Source: Tubiluchus corallicola
Lineage: Eukaryota > Animalia > Priapulida
NCBI GenBank assembly: GCA_030141605.1
Contig: JAQGDQ010000038.1
Span: 620,001 to 684,000, forward strand
Direction: 5' to 3'
DNA: 64,000 bases
This document shows positions 10,383 to 24,500 of this stretch, piece by piece. The translations under genes were made by a program, and so were the position numbers. Positions within the stretch are counted from its first letter, which is position 1; each line of letters starts with the position of its first letter. The notes below the pieces were generated by a model that was given only the letters and a program-made list of their open reading frames with translations, searched no databases and was not told where the DNA came from.

Positions 10383-13300
10383 ATGCAGAGCCAGAGAAGA
10401 AGTATGATTAGCACATTCGGAGAAATGATTACTGTTGAACTACCTCCATATGAAAACCCTCCAAAGTGGATACCACCTCATGAGGTTAGCCTAATTTTGT
10501 TGGTGTATGCTTTCTAGGCAGTTTTTACACCATTTAGTCAATTTTGGTGGCTTGGAATCATCAGTTGTGGTGTATAAGGTGCTGATTTAAGTTTCACCTG
10601 TTGTTCATTAAACACGTAGGTGTTAACCTGTCAAGCATAAATATCTGTAATCCCTTAATCGCCGATTTGAGACAATCCTTTTTTGCCCCAAAACAATAGA
10701 TTTGTCTACATCCTGTCACCAACCAAAAATTCATTACCATAGATTAGGGTAGATCGAGTGGGTGAAGAATATATGTAGGCTTTTTGCCCATAGTTTTCTC
10801 CTTCGCATTAAACCTCTGTTTATCATTTTATCCCATGTTACCTCTCAAAGGTTGTCTCTAGTAGTAGTAGTGCCACCTAGCGGCAGTTGTTATAGTATGG
10901 TGAGGAAAAAAGTCAATAGTGGAAGGGTAAGTTGTGTCTGTTTGTGGAAAGTTTGAAATAGTATTGCAGAAGGATTGGATTTTTAAAAGACGTTTAGAGT
11001 CCACTCAGGTTGGAACGGATCATGGAACTTCATTGGATGAGTTTCCAGGAAATGTTTAAATTCTTCTTAAACTGACCTACTGATGCGGTGCTCCATATCG
11101 ATGTAGTGAACGAATTCCAGTCATTTATCACCCTGAAAATGATTTCATGTCTATTTGAAATCTGGAAAAGCAATATAAGCAGTGATGACTTGTAGCTCAA
11201 AATAATAATAGTAATAATAAATTTATTGCCTAAAATCCTATATAAAAATGCTCTTTGGCATACAAACGTTTAAAATTCACAAAAGTCTAGGAACCACATT
11301 GTAAAGTACATAGTTACACTTAAACACAATGAAAGACTAACATTAGTGCCTTATATACAGACACAGATTAAAAATAATAAAAAGTTAAAAGTTTTTTATT
11401 ATTAATATCAGTGTCAGCAGTTTTGTTAATCAAGCTCTTAACAAATTCAGGTAAAGAAGTCACAGGTGGAAAAGCCACAAAAAAGTCACAGGAAAAAAGA
11501 AATAACCCGTAACCCTCGGATATTGAACAAAACGTGATTTGTTTTATATACATATAATACAATCATTTATAAATAGTATTATTTATATGTACAAATCACG
11601 TATTGCCAGTTAACAATAGATTTAACATTTTCTGTTTTATTGCTTTATTTGTTTATTGTACTTAAATAAATTGTGACTGACACTTCAGTATTTTTGTTTG
11701 ACTACCTGACTTTCTTTCCTAGACAAAATTGTGACTTTTTCTGGCCATCGTAAATTAATTGTGATTTTTTTCTGTGACTTTATTACCAGTTACTGATTGA
11801 GATTTTTTTTCTTTTTTTTAGAGAAAGTATCATCCTGACTTTAACAATGATGTTAGGCAATTTCTACCAAGAACGGTAAAATTACGCAGAGGAAGAGTTT
11901 CAGATGCAGTGAGTAGCTCTCAAAAGTGGAGCTTTTAAATTAACATCTTCATTGCACGGATTGTAGAATGTGCATCTATCTTGATGAGTGGCACTCGTTA
12001 TGTTATGTACAATTTTCATCGCAATTTTCAGAAACGATATGTAAATTTGCAGAAATTTATGAAAACAATCTCAAAATTGGAAATAGTGAGGTTAAAGTCA
12101 ATAAAAACAATAAAATACAATACAAATTAGTAATCATTATTTAGGACCATTCTGTTAAGCGTAGTTTTTTGTGTTTAAGTTTGTGCAAAATGTAAATAAA
12201 TTGTAAATTCACTATTGAAACTTAATTTTGAATAGCTTCCAAGAATGCTGTTGCAGTTCATTTGTAGGTTTTCTTTGGTTACTTGAGTCTCATCATCTGC
12301 TTTTATTTTAAAAACTCTCCGAACTTCACTAGTTTTATTTGTTGCCATCTTCAATAATTCCTTATAGCTTAAACATTAATGGTGGAACACGTTAAAAACA
12401 GCGGTTGAAACAAAGCACGTGGTTACATGTTTGTGGGACACCTTTGTTTTCAAGAGGCAGTGTGTGTGTGTAAATAGAAAGATTTTTGCTGCTGCCGTCG
12501 CATATGACTCACCAATAAGTATTACGTTAATTTGCCGTTGTAATTCAACCTGCAGAAAGTTCAAGAATTTTAATTTGTTTACTTTATTAATTGTTGTATT
12601 TTTACCAGGCTTCTTTATGGAATGTTTGTGATTACCAATTACTAGAAAAACGCCCGGTAGTCACAAATCGGTGCACGTCTATTTTAAAGAGTATTAGTCC
12701 TGCCTTTCCTGTAAAACTAAACTTAGGGACAGAAAGAATTGTAACAAAGTTTTTGGGAGATTCTGTGTTGAATTTTTATGTTAAATTTTTTAGTACATTT
12801 CTTAGTTTAAGCTTATAGTTGAAATTTCAGAGAATAGGATAATAAATTTGCCGGCTGAGTGTTCCTTCACTGAATTCATTTAATATCTTACGTGCCTGCA
12901 ATACTGATCTATATTTGCTAGAATGATCTGTAATGAAACTTTTTCTTCACTTTAACATTATGTGTTCAGAAAGTTTTACTGTAAAAACAACTTTCAAAAT
13001 CTTTATATGCTGACTAAGGGTTAGAAAGTGTTTTGCTCATGTTGGTAACTCTTTCTGCTTGTAGCTTGGGTTCAATGTGAGAGGAGGGAAGGAGTACTTG
13101 TGTGGAATCTACATCTCCAAGGTGATGCCTGGTACAGAAGCTGAAAGACTGAGATTAAGAGAGGGAGACCAGGTAATGAGGTTTTGACAGTTTTTGCTTG
13201 GCAGACACTTATATCTAACTGTAATAATGAGAGTGCTATTTAATCAACCCAGACAATGAGGCTTTTTCAAAATGTGAACCTTGTTCAACTTGGCACATTT

Positions 13301-15613
13301 ACTTTAAGGAACTTCTAACACTTAAGTGCTTATTAACCAAATCTCGTAAACTCTTGAAGTGATACGTTAATTTTCTGCATTTCATGCTATTTATTACTGT
13401 GAGAAAGTAGGTGTCTTTATGCCGATGTTTAGAAATTATCTTGCTCTGTTTCAATTTGCTTTTATTTCTTGTAACCAGCTGTGAATTTTTCAGATTCTAA
13501 AAGTAAACGATGTAAGCTTTGAAAACATTGAGCATTCCAAGGTTTGTGCATTTCTCTTTCACTTTTCATGTGATACTAGTTTTGTTTTCCAAAATCTGGC
13601 AGTTATCAGCTAAAGTTTTTTTATTAATCATTTAAACTATATTTATACTTTTTATGAATTTTTACTCCTTCAGCTGAAAATCAAGAGGTGTAAATAAATA
13701 ATGTTATACAGTATAATCCACTTACAAAGAGGCCTGTTATTAACCAGCTTCTGGTTTTGAAGAGTTAATTTCAAAATCCTGTAAATCTTAGGCTTAAATA
13801 ATGTATTTAAACCTTACTTACAGGGAGCTCTAATATTACCAGATTTTGCTTGGTATGAGGTAGTTTAACTGCCCTGTAAGTCTACTTACCCTTATATAGT
13901 GAGCGTGAATTCTACCTTCTAAAACAATGTGCTTGTCGTGTTTTTTAACTAGGCAGAACACTACAGTCAGGGTCCTGCACCTTTGAATAACGCAAAATGC
14001 TCTCAACTGTCAGCAGATAACATGAATCAGAGCAGGAGTTTAGAAAAGCAACTTATGCGCAATCTTATGCCGAAATTTATTACATGTATATAATGTGCCT
14101 GAATCCTAGCAATAACAAGGTTACCCATTTAATCTTGTAAACGTGCTTCAGTTACAATGACAAATTTTTACTAGCTACAGTCTGTTTTAACAAACGTCAA
14201 ATTTTGCAAAATGTGTCACTGAAAGCGGAGCTTACAGCAACGGCAGGTTGGTAATAACAGCTTGCTGGAAGTATTTCCCTATTGAATATATAATATATTA
14301 AATTGGTTGGCAGATGGTCGTTAGTGGTTTATGGGGAGGGGGGCAAGTCTCGGCTATAGCAAGCAAATTTTGGTGGTCCTCTGAAATTCATTATAAGAGG
14401 ATTATACTGTATTTATTTTTATACTAGGCATTTATTCATATTGGTTTCTAGCTAATCTAAATTGTTTAACACAGACTATATAACTTATCTGTTTTATTTC
14501 TTTGCTACAAGGTACTATTTATTTTGATTTTGCAAACATGTACAATGTTGCTTTTCTAAAAAATGATTTTTGCACACAAACAATCTGTGAATATAAGTTA
14601 TTTGAATAACGGTGCACCAAGTATTGTGTTAATACAGTGCATTTTATTTATTTTATTTTTCAAATTTTCTCTTATTACAGGCTGTAAAGATACTCAAAGC
14701 TAATACAACTACAGAGCTAACCGTCCGATATTTTCCTTATGGTAAGTTCAACTAATTAGCTTTTTTCTGCCAACTTTCTCTTTTTGTTAGCAGAATCCTC
14801 GAGATTTATTTTACTTAGGTTAGCTATTTATACTGGAAATACTTTATAATTTCTTTTAGTTTTTTTGTATAGTTACGTACTTTCCAAGCCTCGATCCAGC
14901 ACTCAGTAGCTGAACCTGTTGAATTTAGGTAGTCACACCGAGGCCAGAAGATATCTTATTATAAGGTCAGACTCACAGAGGTGTCTGTGCTGGGATATGT
15001 TTACATTTTCTCTCAACCACATATGCCCAGTGACAGTATAGCAGACGAAACTCCCCAGAATGAGTATTGAATCTGCTAGTCCCCAATCCATATTCTGACC
15101 AGGTTTGGCATTCATTTAACTTCCATCTCTAAGCACGCCACTGATGCCAGTAATCATTTGGCTATTCATCTTGCCCACTAATAAAACTTTCTAGCATATT
15201 TCACCTTATTGTTATTAATATTAAAAATTTGCTCCGTCTTAGTTAAACACAGACATTTCTCGCATATAACGAAACGTTTTTTGTTTGTTAATTTCACTTT
15301 TGGAAATTTGATAGTTTGTTCTGTTTTCTAATCTTGTAGACACAGATCTTGACGACTAGATTTATACTACAATGTAGAGAGTAAAATGCAAAGGTTATTC
15401 ATCCAACATCCCCATGGTAACCATCATTGAAAATTACTGTCTAATTTGTTGCTTCTTCCCTGCAAACTTTGTATTTTTTTCACTGTATGTTTCTCTTTTT
15501 TTACGACTATACATATATAAATATTTTCAGGTTACAATAAGACGTATGAAAAATCGAAACTTATCGCTCGTATTCGTGAACAACGAGATGCACGACAACC
15601 AATGAACAGTTGA
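10383..15613 (+). CDS. PDZD11: PDZ domain-containing protein 11, 162 aa; exons 10383-10484, 11822-11908, 13065-13172, 13494-13541, 14681-14741, 15531-15613
   Basis: Spliced translation LPPYENPPKWIPPHE|RKYHPDFNNDVRQFLPRTVKL..|LGFNVRGGKEYLCGIYISKV..EGDQ|ILKVNDVSFENIEHSK|AVKILK..VRYFPY|GYNK.. closely parallels vertebrate PDZD11 (PAYENPPAWIPPHER..IEHSKAVEILK..RFFPY). All introns are GT-AG with consistent phases. Confidence 0.95.
10990..11150 (-). mobile_element. Short CR1/L2-type LINE 3' fragment in PDZD11 intron
   Basis: The minus strand reads FRVINDWNSF...ASVGQFKKNLNISWK, the typical ORF2 C-terminus, similar to the element at 5480-5570. Confidence 0.6.
11450..11787. mobile_element. Foldback / MITE-like element with AAAAGTCACA subterminal repeats
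   Basis: Left GGTAAAGAAGTCACAGG..AAAAAGTCACAGGAAAAAA mirrors right TGTGACTTTTTCTG..TTTTCTGTGACTTTATTACC. No clear TSD. Confidence 0.55.
13709..14409. mobile_element. Tc1/mariner-pogo type MITE in PDZD11 intron
   Basis: TIRs CAGTATAATCCACTTACAA / TTATAAGAGGATTATACTG, flanked by TA on both sides (13707-8, 14410-11). Confidence 0.75.
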
Positions 15614-17057
15614 GTGAACTCTAGCTTGTACATTACAGTATTGTCTGTATAGCCAAATATGGATGCACAAATGTGTACTTACATGCTGCAGTTTAGTATT
15701 TTCTAGACCTAATAGTTAATGTGAAAAACAAACAAAACTGAAGAGACCACAGTAATTATATAATATATAGCATAACTTTTTTTACAATAACTTATACACC
15801 AAATATATTAAGTTAATCGTATAGTTTAGGTTAAGCTAAGTGGCACAAGAGTTGGTGATTACTGTTATGTATTACACTTGTTTATTTTATATAAACAAGT
15901 ATTGCACTAAACTGCACAGCTACCTATTTTTTCGTAAAAATAACAACTATATTTCATGTACAAATATATTTTTATTATCATGTATATTATCATAAAGCAT
16001 TGTTATATTAATGCCTCACTTTGTTACACTTGCGAGTTGTAGACTAGGACACGTAAATTGTACTTTTTCCAGGTTAGGAAGTACAATTGGATAGTGTTGT
16101 TATGTCAAATGATTTTTGTGCAGTATAAAGTTGGATGCACAAAATTTAAATAAATTATCGTTATTATAATTACCGTGATAATGATGTTACTTTGAATTCC
16201 TTGATGATCAATTTCTGAAACATGTGGGTCTAAAGACTGTAATGTAAATTTTTTGTTACTATCAAAAAAATTAGGGCACTTTACACTAATAGCCAAACTT
16301 TTATGTTGTATATAACCACACTGATGCTTATTTTATTCAAAAGTTCAGTACTAGTGAATTTCGTGCAGCAGGTACAGTACTGTTCCCTGGATGACGTTCA
16401 TACCATGTTATGAGAATATTTTTTAGTGGATCTGCTATCCACATGTATATGACGGGTTTATACAAAACAATTTTCTTTCTAATTTTAGTAAACATCTATT
16501 AGCAGTTTAAAACTTCAGTTTTCTCTCTCTCCTTTACTAATTTCTTAATGTATTAAGCTGCAAAAATTTTTTGACTAATATTTTCAACTCGCACAGAATG
16601 TTGATTTTTTTTGTATTTTAAGCACAACTTTCAAGTGGTTGTTTTAAATTGAGTCTAATCTTAATCTATTTGTGCCACACCAGTTTTTGCTAAGCAAATT
16701 AAATTTGCTTCAGCAGTTTATAATCTGCTAGCATCATTTTTGCAATGAAAGTTCCATAGTATAGAAACTTAAGCTTGTCCCCATAAACTGCTTGAAAATT
16801 GTTTCAATTTATTAGCACCCGAAAATATCTGTTCATTGAAGCTGTACAAGGTTCTTTAAAAAATAGCTTTTATGAAGTTTTGTTTTATATGAAATTATGA
16901 CAGTTCTCTACAAAAGCAGTGATAGCTGGGTCTTTGCTTCTTTTACAATATATAATGCATGACTGCAAAAGAAATAAATTCCATTATATTTTTTGCCTTA
17001 ATATCATGTAATGTGGCTTTTTAAAGGTGTGTAAACCTGACCGTTCAATATTTAGAA

Positions 17058-17510
17058 CAGGGGTGTGCAAATTGTCTGACTAGCCGGGCCACATTAAACT
17101 TTCCCGCAATTCCTGCGGGCCACAGGCAGTTTGATCAAGGAGCCAAGTACAGAAAGGTCTAAATACGATTTTTTTGCATCTGACCTGCGTACATCATTAC
17201 AACTACACTCAAGAAACTATTTTAGAAGTTATTAAAATTTATATTACAAACCATATATTTCTACTTTCAGGACAGATAGTGGTAATTTCTTTACAATGTA
17301 TATTAGTAATGTGTATCACACAGTCTGTGTAGTACAGTGACATTAAGCTACAACCGTCTTGTAAGGGTTAATAGCATCCGATCTAGTAGAAAAAACTAAT
17401 CTTTGAGATTGTGGCACGGACTTCAGCTGGATACACTCAATTAATCGCCTGGGCCGCACTTTCATTAGGTTGACAAATTCTCTCGGCGGGCCGCAATTTG
17501 CACACCCCTG
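17058..17510. mobile_element. Non-autonomous hAT element (453 bp)
   Basis: 17-bp perfect TIRs CAGGGGTGTGCAAATTG / CAATTTGCACACCCCTG, perfect 8-bp TSD ATTTAGAA (17050-57, 17511-18) and subterminal GCGGGCC motifs. Confidence 0.93.
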
Positions 17511-18520
17511 ATTTAGAAGTTCAATACAGTTACATGGCTTAGAAGAAAATGAATAGTCATTCCAGACATTTTCAGACGAACTACTGCATATTATTCATTC
17601 ATACTGCTAGTCCTGCATAATGTGAAATTCGTATGAATATCACTTGCCAAAGCCATCAAGTTTAACTGTGATAAGTAAACACGTACAGTAGTCTGTTCAT
17701 AACATTTTTTTAATTTGGATAATTGACAAGCACATCACATGTGCAATCAGTTTGTGAAAATTCTATATCGATTAAAAAACAAAAATAAGTCATTGCAATA
17801 TCTACGTAGCAATATACAATATATATTAGGCCATTACTTTTTATAGTGCCCTAGAAGTTTCTTGTAAGCACACTCATTAGAAATTAATTTAAAATATATT
17901 GTAAGAATAACATATAATTATAAAAATAATTAACATCAAGTATTATCACTTACAAAGTAAACTTAACATCATGTAATTGACAGCACAATATGTACACCAT
18001 AATAAGCAAATTATTATTAAACAGAAATTACATTATTTTATAAAGTTTTTATAAAATGCAATAAGCACGTAGGGCTTTTGTCATTGTCACTGACTTGTAG
18101 AAGAGTTCAGCATTTAACTTAAAAATTAAACAGATTTGTTTATGTAATCACATTGTACAACAACAAATTATGTTATCCATGACAACAAATTGTAGTTGCA
18201 CGTATCAACATTAATTAGCGCACACTGCACAAATTTTGTACAGTTATCACTAAATGCAATCGCAAATCTAGATGATGAAATCTAAATGATAGCACCCTTT
18301 TGACCAAAGACAAATACTGTGCGTTGTAAATTGTAAGCATTCTATCCGTCTGTGATGTTTCCATGAAAGGAAAGGAACAATCTGACAGACACTGCACATT
18401 ATAAAACAACTACGTTGAAATAAAAAAAATCACTGTTTAATTATTAATTGCTCACTGACTAATACACAGCTTGCATGATTATTTGCAAGCCATTAACATT
18501 CTAGGACATTAATGAAGAAA

Positions 18521-21500
18521 CTATACATATCTCACTCCCGAACTCTCTACATAAGGTTGAAGCAGCATTACATCCTCTGACTGCGGCTCAGTTGACATAC
18601 CGGGTATTGCTGTATGGCGCCATCTACGAGACCTCATTTTGACTATCACAACAGTTAATACTCCAACAACTGCTATACCTAAACATGTGAGAATTAAAAT
18701 GGAGAGGATACCAGACAGAAGACAGACACTGTATGTGAGTTTGTGATAAATTATGCTAACATGACAAGCCACTAACGTAGCAGCGGCAGCCTTTGCTTTT
18801 GCAGGTGTATTTACCCGTTTTGGGGGTAAATTTATCTTAAGATGCTGCATGTCCAATAGGTGTAATAGGCGTTCCATGATAGGTGGATGTGATTAATAGG
18901 CACTCATTAATAATATGCGTAACCATATTTTTAGTAAATACATAATGAAAAGCATGTACGCTATGCAGACGAATATAAAGTTCAACCCAGCACCTGAAAA
19001 GTTTCATAAAATCAAATATAAGCTGACAACTTAGTAACATCGTTTCCAGTGATCTAAACTTCTAAAGAATTTAGATGTAGTTTTATTATTTATATAACAA
19101 GGGGGACAGTAACTACCAAATGTTTATGCTTGAGGTAAGTACAGCCCACTCAATGCAGACATAGCAAGATTTGAGTGGAGTGGACCTAAATGTAAAAGAA
19201 ATTGGAAAATTCATAATTTAAATTTATCTACGTTTGCATTATATCTAGTTCATCATTATCTGTTTGAATTTATCTCGTGTGACTGTGCATTATGCAGTGG
19301 TACACTTCTGATTTCTCAGTTTACTCACCAAATACAACTCCTAATACAATCCCCACACTGACAGAGGAACTTTGATTATGCTGATCAACTGTTTCACCAT
19401 ACAAGTACAATCGGGGTTGAGCATTCGTCCCTGGTTGCACAATAGTCTGCTCATCTATCTTGACATTTTCCATTATACTTTCTTCAACAAAACTTTCTGA
19501 TTTTAGCTGAGGGTTGGCAAGTTCTTCGTGCAAATAGTGGCAAGATATTATATCTTTCGCTTTTTGTACATTTAGGCATTCCAGTATTAGCTCCTTTTCA
19601 GAAGATTTTAGCAGGCCGTATTCTATGAAGTTGTTGAACATCGTTTCTGCCTGGAATAGCATTAAAATATTTTCTAGGAGTTTATAAGGTTAATTGGATA
19701 GACAGAAAATTAATAGATAATATGGAAAGAAATATCTTATTAAACTCAACAGTATTTGGTGTCATCATTTTACTTATAAGTGCTGTTAGACTCATACATG
19801 TCCACTAACATCACTCATTTAAAAAACTGTGTGTTTAATTAAAAATGCAACATTCAATCAAAATACTACCATAACATTACCTGAGTATGTGACACCTGTG
19901 ATGCTATGTAGCTAAGGCTGGTATACAGCCATTTAGATGTTTGTTCGCTTAGCGGATCAATAGTCGGCCTACTAGGAGGAGATTCTGCGGAGCGCTTCTT
20001 TCTTCCGTCACTGTTTTTGTAGGTAGCAAAGTATGGCTTGTCCTAATGAAATAATATCAAAAAATCATACCTAACTTGCACTGATAAATATACATGATAT
20101 ATGGATTCTGTCTGTGGATAGCATATAAACAGTGTTCTCGGTCTTTGTTTTCGCTATTGAGTAAAACGGTATGTTAAAAAACAATTAAGGTTGCACATTT
20201 TTTAGTTTAATTTAGCTACGTCTTATTCAAACTCAGTACAGACCAAATTAAGACTCAGACCTCTGCAGTATAAAATGCTATCAGCTTCAAAAGAAAGCAA
20301 ATAAAAATTGTGCGTGTATGTGCAAGAAAAATTCCAAATTTCACTACACAGAATAAGTCACAGAAAGGCCTCTTCCTAATGCAAACTCCATTTATTTACC
20401 AAAACTGTTTTCTAAAAGTTGAATAGACATTTAATATAGTGAAAGGTCTATCGCACAATGTAAATTATACTGAACCAAACCATCTTTCACATATTAATGT
20501 TTAACATTATATATTTTGGTTACTCTGGTCTTCGTTATAGAAGTGCAAAATTTTAATAAATAACACTTACAAAATATCAAGCTCAGCTATGTTAAAATTA
20601 AACATATCTTATTATGCTGTATAGTGCACTAGCTCTTTACCTCATCGGGGCATCGGATGACATCACTGACATTCATCGCAGTTTTCTTCTCATCAACATG
20701 AGCTAGCTACAACAATATCAGATATTCATGAGTCAGGCCATTTGCGATAGTGAAAATTTTAGGCACTCTTTTGGGTGCATAATACGCTGCTACGTCATTT
20801 GATTACACAAGAATACATTACTTCTGCATTGTGTTACATATCATTAGTAGGCCAAACTTCTCGAAAACCTCATCCACTGCCTGACTACCATCCCATGTTA
20901 CTTTCAAAATATCCAAGTTTTTGAGAGAAAAGAAATATTATTTTCCGGAGTACAAATCTGCAATTAAAACTGGTAATGGCTACTAGTCTACTACCCAATT
21001 AGCATGTGTAAATTTAAAGCATATATAAAGAGATATGGCAGAAAACTTATATTATTATTATTATAGTTGTTAAAATATTGATATTAATAATCATGGGTAA
21101 AGTTTTTGCTGATTAATTGATCTAGTCATTTTCGAGTTGGTAGTTAAACAACTAAACGACGCATTATACATTGGTTTCCTGTAAATCACATTTAGCTAGT
21201 ATTCAATGAATATAGCACTGTGATATAATACTGGTTAAATTGCTGCAGTAATGCTAAACTTTTTTTGTGAATAAATCTTTAGTCATACACAGTCTTCTGT
21301 TATTTACTGTTTGTGAAGCATTAGATATTTTTGAACTACAATACTGTCACATTTTGATAAATTGTTAATCTAAACTTGCAATGTCTTCTGCTTTGTTCAT
21401 TTTCTAAACAACATATTTTGCCAAAAGAGGAAAGTCAAAAAGTGCAGAGTCAACTGACTGGTTTGAATTATATTATGTTGTAATGAATAGTGTAATGAAT

Positions 21501-24500
21501 GTTGTAACATATAGTGAATCATTAAAATTTTAATGAATAAAATTAAAAAATAGGTAAAACATTCACATGCTGGAACGTAACATGCCCAAATGTCATGTAC
21601 CCAGACATTTAATAAGGAGTCAAATATATCAGTTGAATAATTATCAAAATTATTTGTCAATTCTGACATATGCATGCGCTTCAGGGAAGCATCTCCTTTC
21701 TGAATCATAGTCTGCATCACCTCTGTTGTGAATGGATGCAAGTGCCCAAATTACTATTTGTAAATACAAAAGTACAAGATCACTTCAAAAGTGTAATATG
21801 TTTAACACGACTTACCATGTTATTCCACACAGCTGTGGCTGCTGCATGATGACCTATGTCACTGAAGTGAAAACAATCCGGAGCAAAGAAATCCAGAAAT
21901 GGCTCATCTTCTCCATGTTTCTGTATGAAGAATTGTTAAAAGCAAATTAAATTCTCAGACCGAGAGCGTCATTTCCAATTAATAATAATCTACTAACTTT
22001 TCATACAAGAAATTTTTGGACGGGCACAGAGTATGGGATCAAAAAGGCTTCACCATGTTGTTGTTGTTATTTGTGGTGGTGATGTTTTTGTCACATGCAC
22101 AGTTTTCGTCGTTTGAAGCTGAAATTTTGCATGAAAATGGATCACATCTGTTAAATGGATCTGCTATGTAGTGCCAATCCAAGCACATCAGTGCTACCAT
22201 TGAAGTTATAAGAATGTCGTTTTGAAGGACAAAGTTTAGCTTTCAGAACAACTTCACAAACCTCCATCCACATAAAGAACTCGAACTAATTGTATAATGC
22301 ATGATTGCAAAGCAAGAGACTACTAAGCAACAGAAGTTACCTGTGCTACAGGTAAATCATAACCAAACAACAAAAAGATGAAAAGAGACAGAGGAATAGA
22401 GTCATGGTAGACACCTATCGTAAGGACATAGAGCCAAAGACAATGGTATAGTGAATGATAACTTCGATTACAGGGATACAATCAATGGAGATTGGTCATT
22501 TTGAATTATAATGTTCAATAGTTCCAAACTATAATATATAGACTTTAAGAGTCATGAAACTTGCAAGGCAGTGAGCAGGAGCTCAGACAAAATGGTATGG
22601 TTAAAAAACCAAAGAATGTTTAAGGACACAGTAAAAAACCAAGATGCAAAAATTAGGTCAAACTAGTCAGTTAAACGAGTAAATTGGTTTAGACCAGGCA
22701 TAGTCAAGTGATAACAATCAAGAGCACTAGTTTTTAACATGAGTAAACTCCACTGGACCATGCATATCAAGTGCTAAACACGGTCATGCTTACAGAATTT
22801 GCATCTGAATTCAATCTGTCTTGCTTGTCATGAGATAGTTGCTTTGCATACAGCATTACCATTAAACAAAAAAAGATTAGAAAAATGGTTTCAAAACTAA
22901 GATCATCAATTAGTAAAATTATTCTAATTATGCGACAACTAAGAGAAACAGCAAATTCAATAGTTAATTATTTTGTGTCTCAATTACATACATTCTTGAC
23001 AGTGGGTGTAGTGGCATTTTGGGGGAATGGTTGATAAACCACAGTGAAATCCTCCCGGGTGTCGTAACGACCACTTTCCGCTAACTCCTTCAAAGCATCA
23101 TTGTAACTGTGCACTAGTGCTTGCATTTCTACTAATTGTTCATCTCTGACATATGCACCACAAGGGCATTCATACCTAAACATTCACCAAAAATACTGAA
23201 ATTACTTTGTTTAAAAAGGTTAATTAAGAACTTAACGGCAGCTATACAACCAAATTTTCATTGCAAAATGAGTGCACATCTTTGCATACAGTATCTCATT
23301 CTTTCTTCACATCAATTTTAAGAAATAAAGTAAGCAGAAAATATTAACAAAAATTTACTGAGAAAACCAGTTTTTGTTATATAACTACATAGATCAATCA
23401 ATATACATGTATTTCGATCTTCAAAATTTGTTTAATTTTCAAGCTGAACAGTTTGTTTTGGAAAACGTAAACAAAAAGCATTGCATTGACTTTCTTTCTA
23501 CAAGCTATTTTGAAAAAAATGCAAATTCAAAGAATGAAAAAAGCTGAAAAATCATTTTTAAACTAACTGCATCATTAATTATATTTTCAAACTTTGCAAT
23601 TAATAGAGCCGAGGTGAGGCAACTTGACTTTAACTGCATTTAACCCTAAAATGCAATGTTTTAAATATTTGACGATTTTCTTCTTTAATGCATTTCTATG
23701 CTACCCTACATTACCAAACTGTCTCCAATCACCACATTGAAATATGTATCTGTTCAGTGGCGGCTCGTGTATAGGTACTGTGGTACGGCAGCACCCTGTT
23801 TTCACTCATTTTTATCAATAATATTCAATATAAGTCTTTTTTCTTTAGTTCTTTTTTATACTTGTGTGAAACCGGAGCATGTGAGGGAAGTACAATTTGC
23901 TTCACAGCCCAAGCAACATGGTGTTTGGCTGTCTGAGCTGTATGAGATAACACGCTGCACATTAGCATCTGCTGCTAGGTAGAAAAGTACTGTCTCAAAC
24001 ACAGAACAATTGCCACATGCTTACCGTGTAACGTCATGTTCTTGAATGTGATAAAGTGTAAACTTAGCGTGTGTGCTTAAAACATAAATTATTTAATAAT
24101 GGATGCCTTGCATTCCCAACAAATAAGTTCTGTGACTGTAAGTGAACTATAACAGCTCAACTTTTCACAGTTGTCTCTCCATAAAAAAGTTGCAGTTAAG
24201 AAAAGAGGCCGTTCAACATCTGATCTTCAAATATAACTACAACATTGAAATTACATATGTTTGTTTCGTTTCATACAGTATTAAAACAATGGCTAAAACA
24301 ATATTGAAGCAGCACTCCCACTAATTTTAGCTAGGAGCCGCCACAATATCTGCTCCATGATACAATTCACATGAACACTAGTGTAGTTTTTGAATTATTA
24401 AGCAATTGAATATCTGAATAGAAATTATAAAATTAAAAAAAACTACAGTTTAAGAGCAAGAAAATTCCTAAAATCTTAACAAATCTTAACTAGTAATCTT

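Noticed and set aside
18521-18535. PLB1-like C-terminus VRYV as a PDZ ligand for neighbouring PDZD11
   Set aside because: Arg at position -2 fits no canonical PDZ class, and adjacency alone is not evidence of interaction.
18679-18877. N-terminal part of ORF 18521-18877
   Set aside because: It is intronic read-through; the real acceptor is TTTAG|GT at 18679/18678.
21397-21741. 114-aa intronic ORF in the PLB1-like gene
   Set aside because: No recognisable motif, a TTG start and AT-rich low complexity; the exon chain is complete without it.
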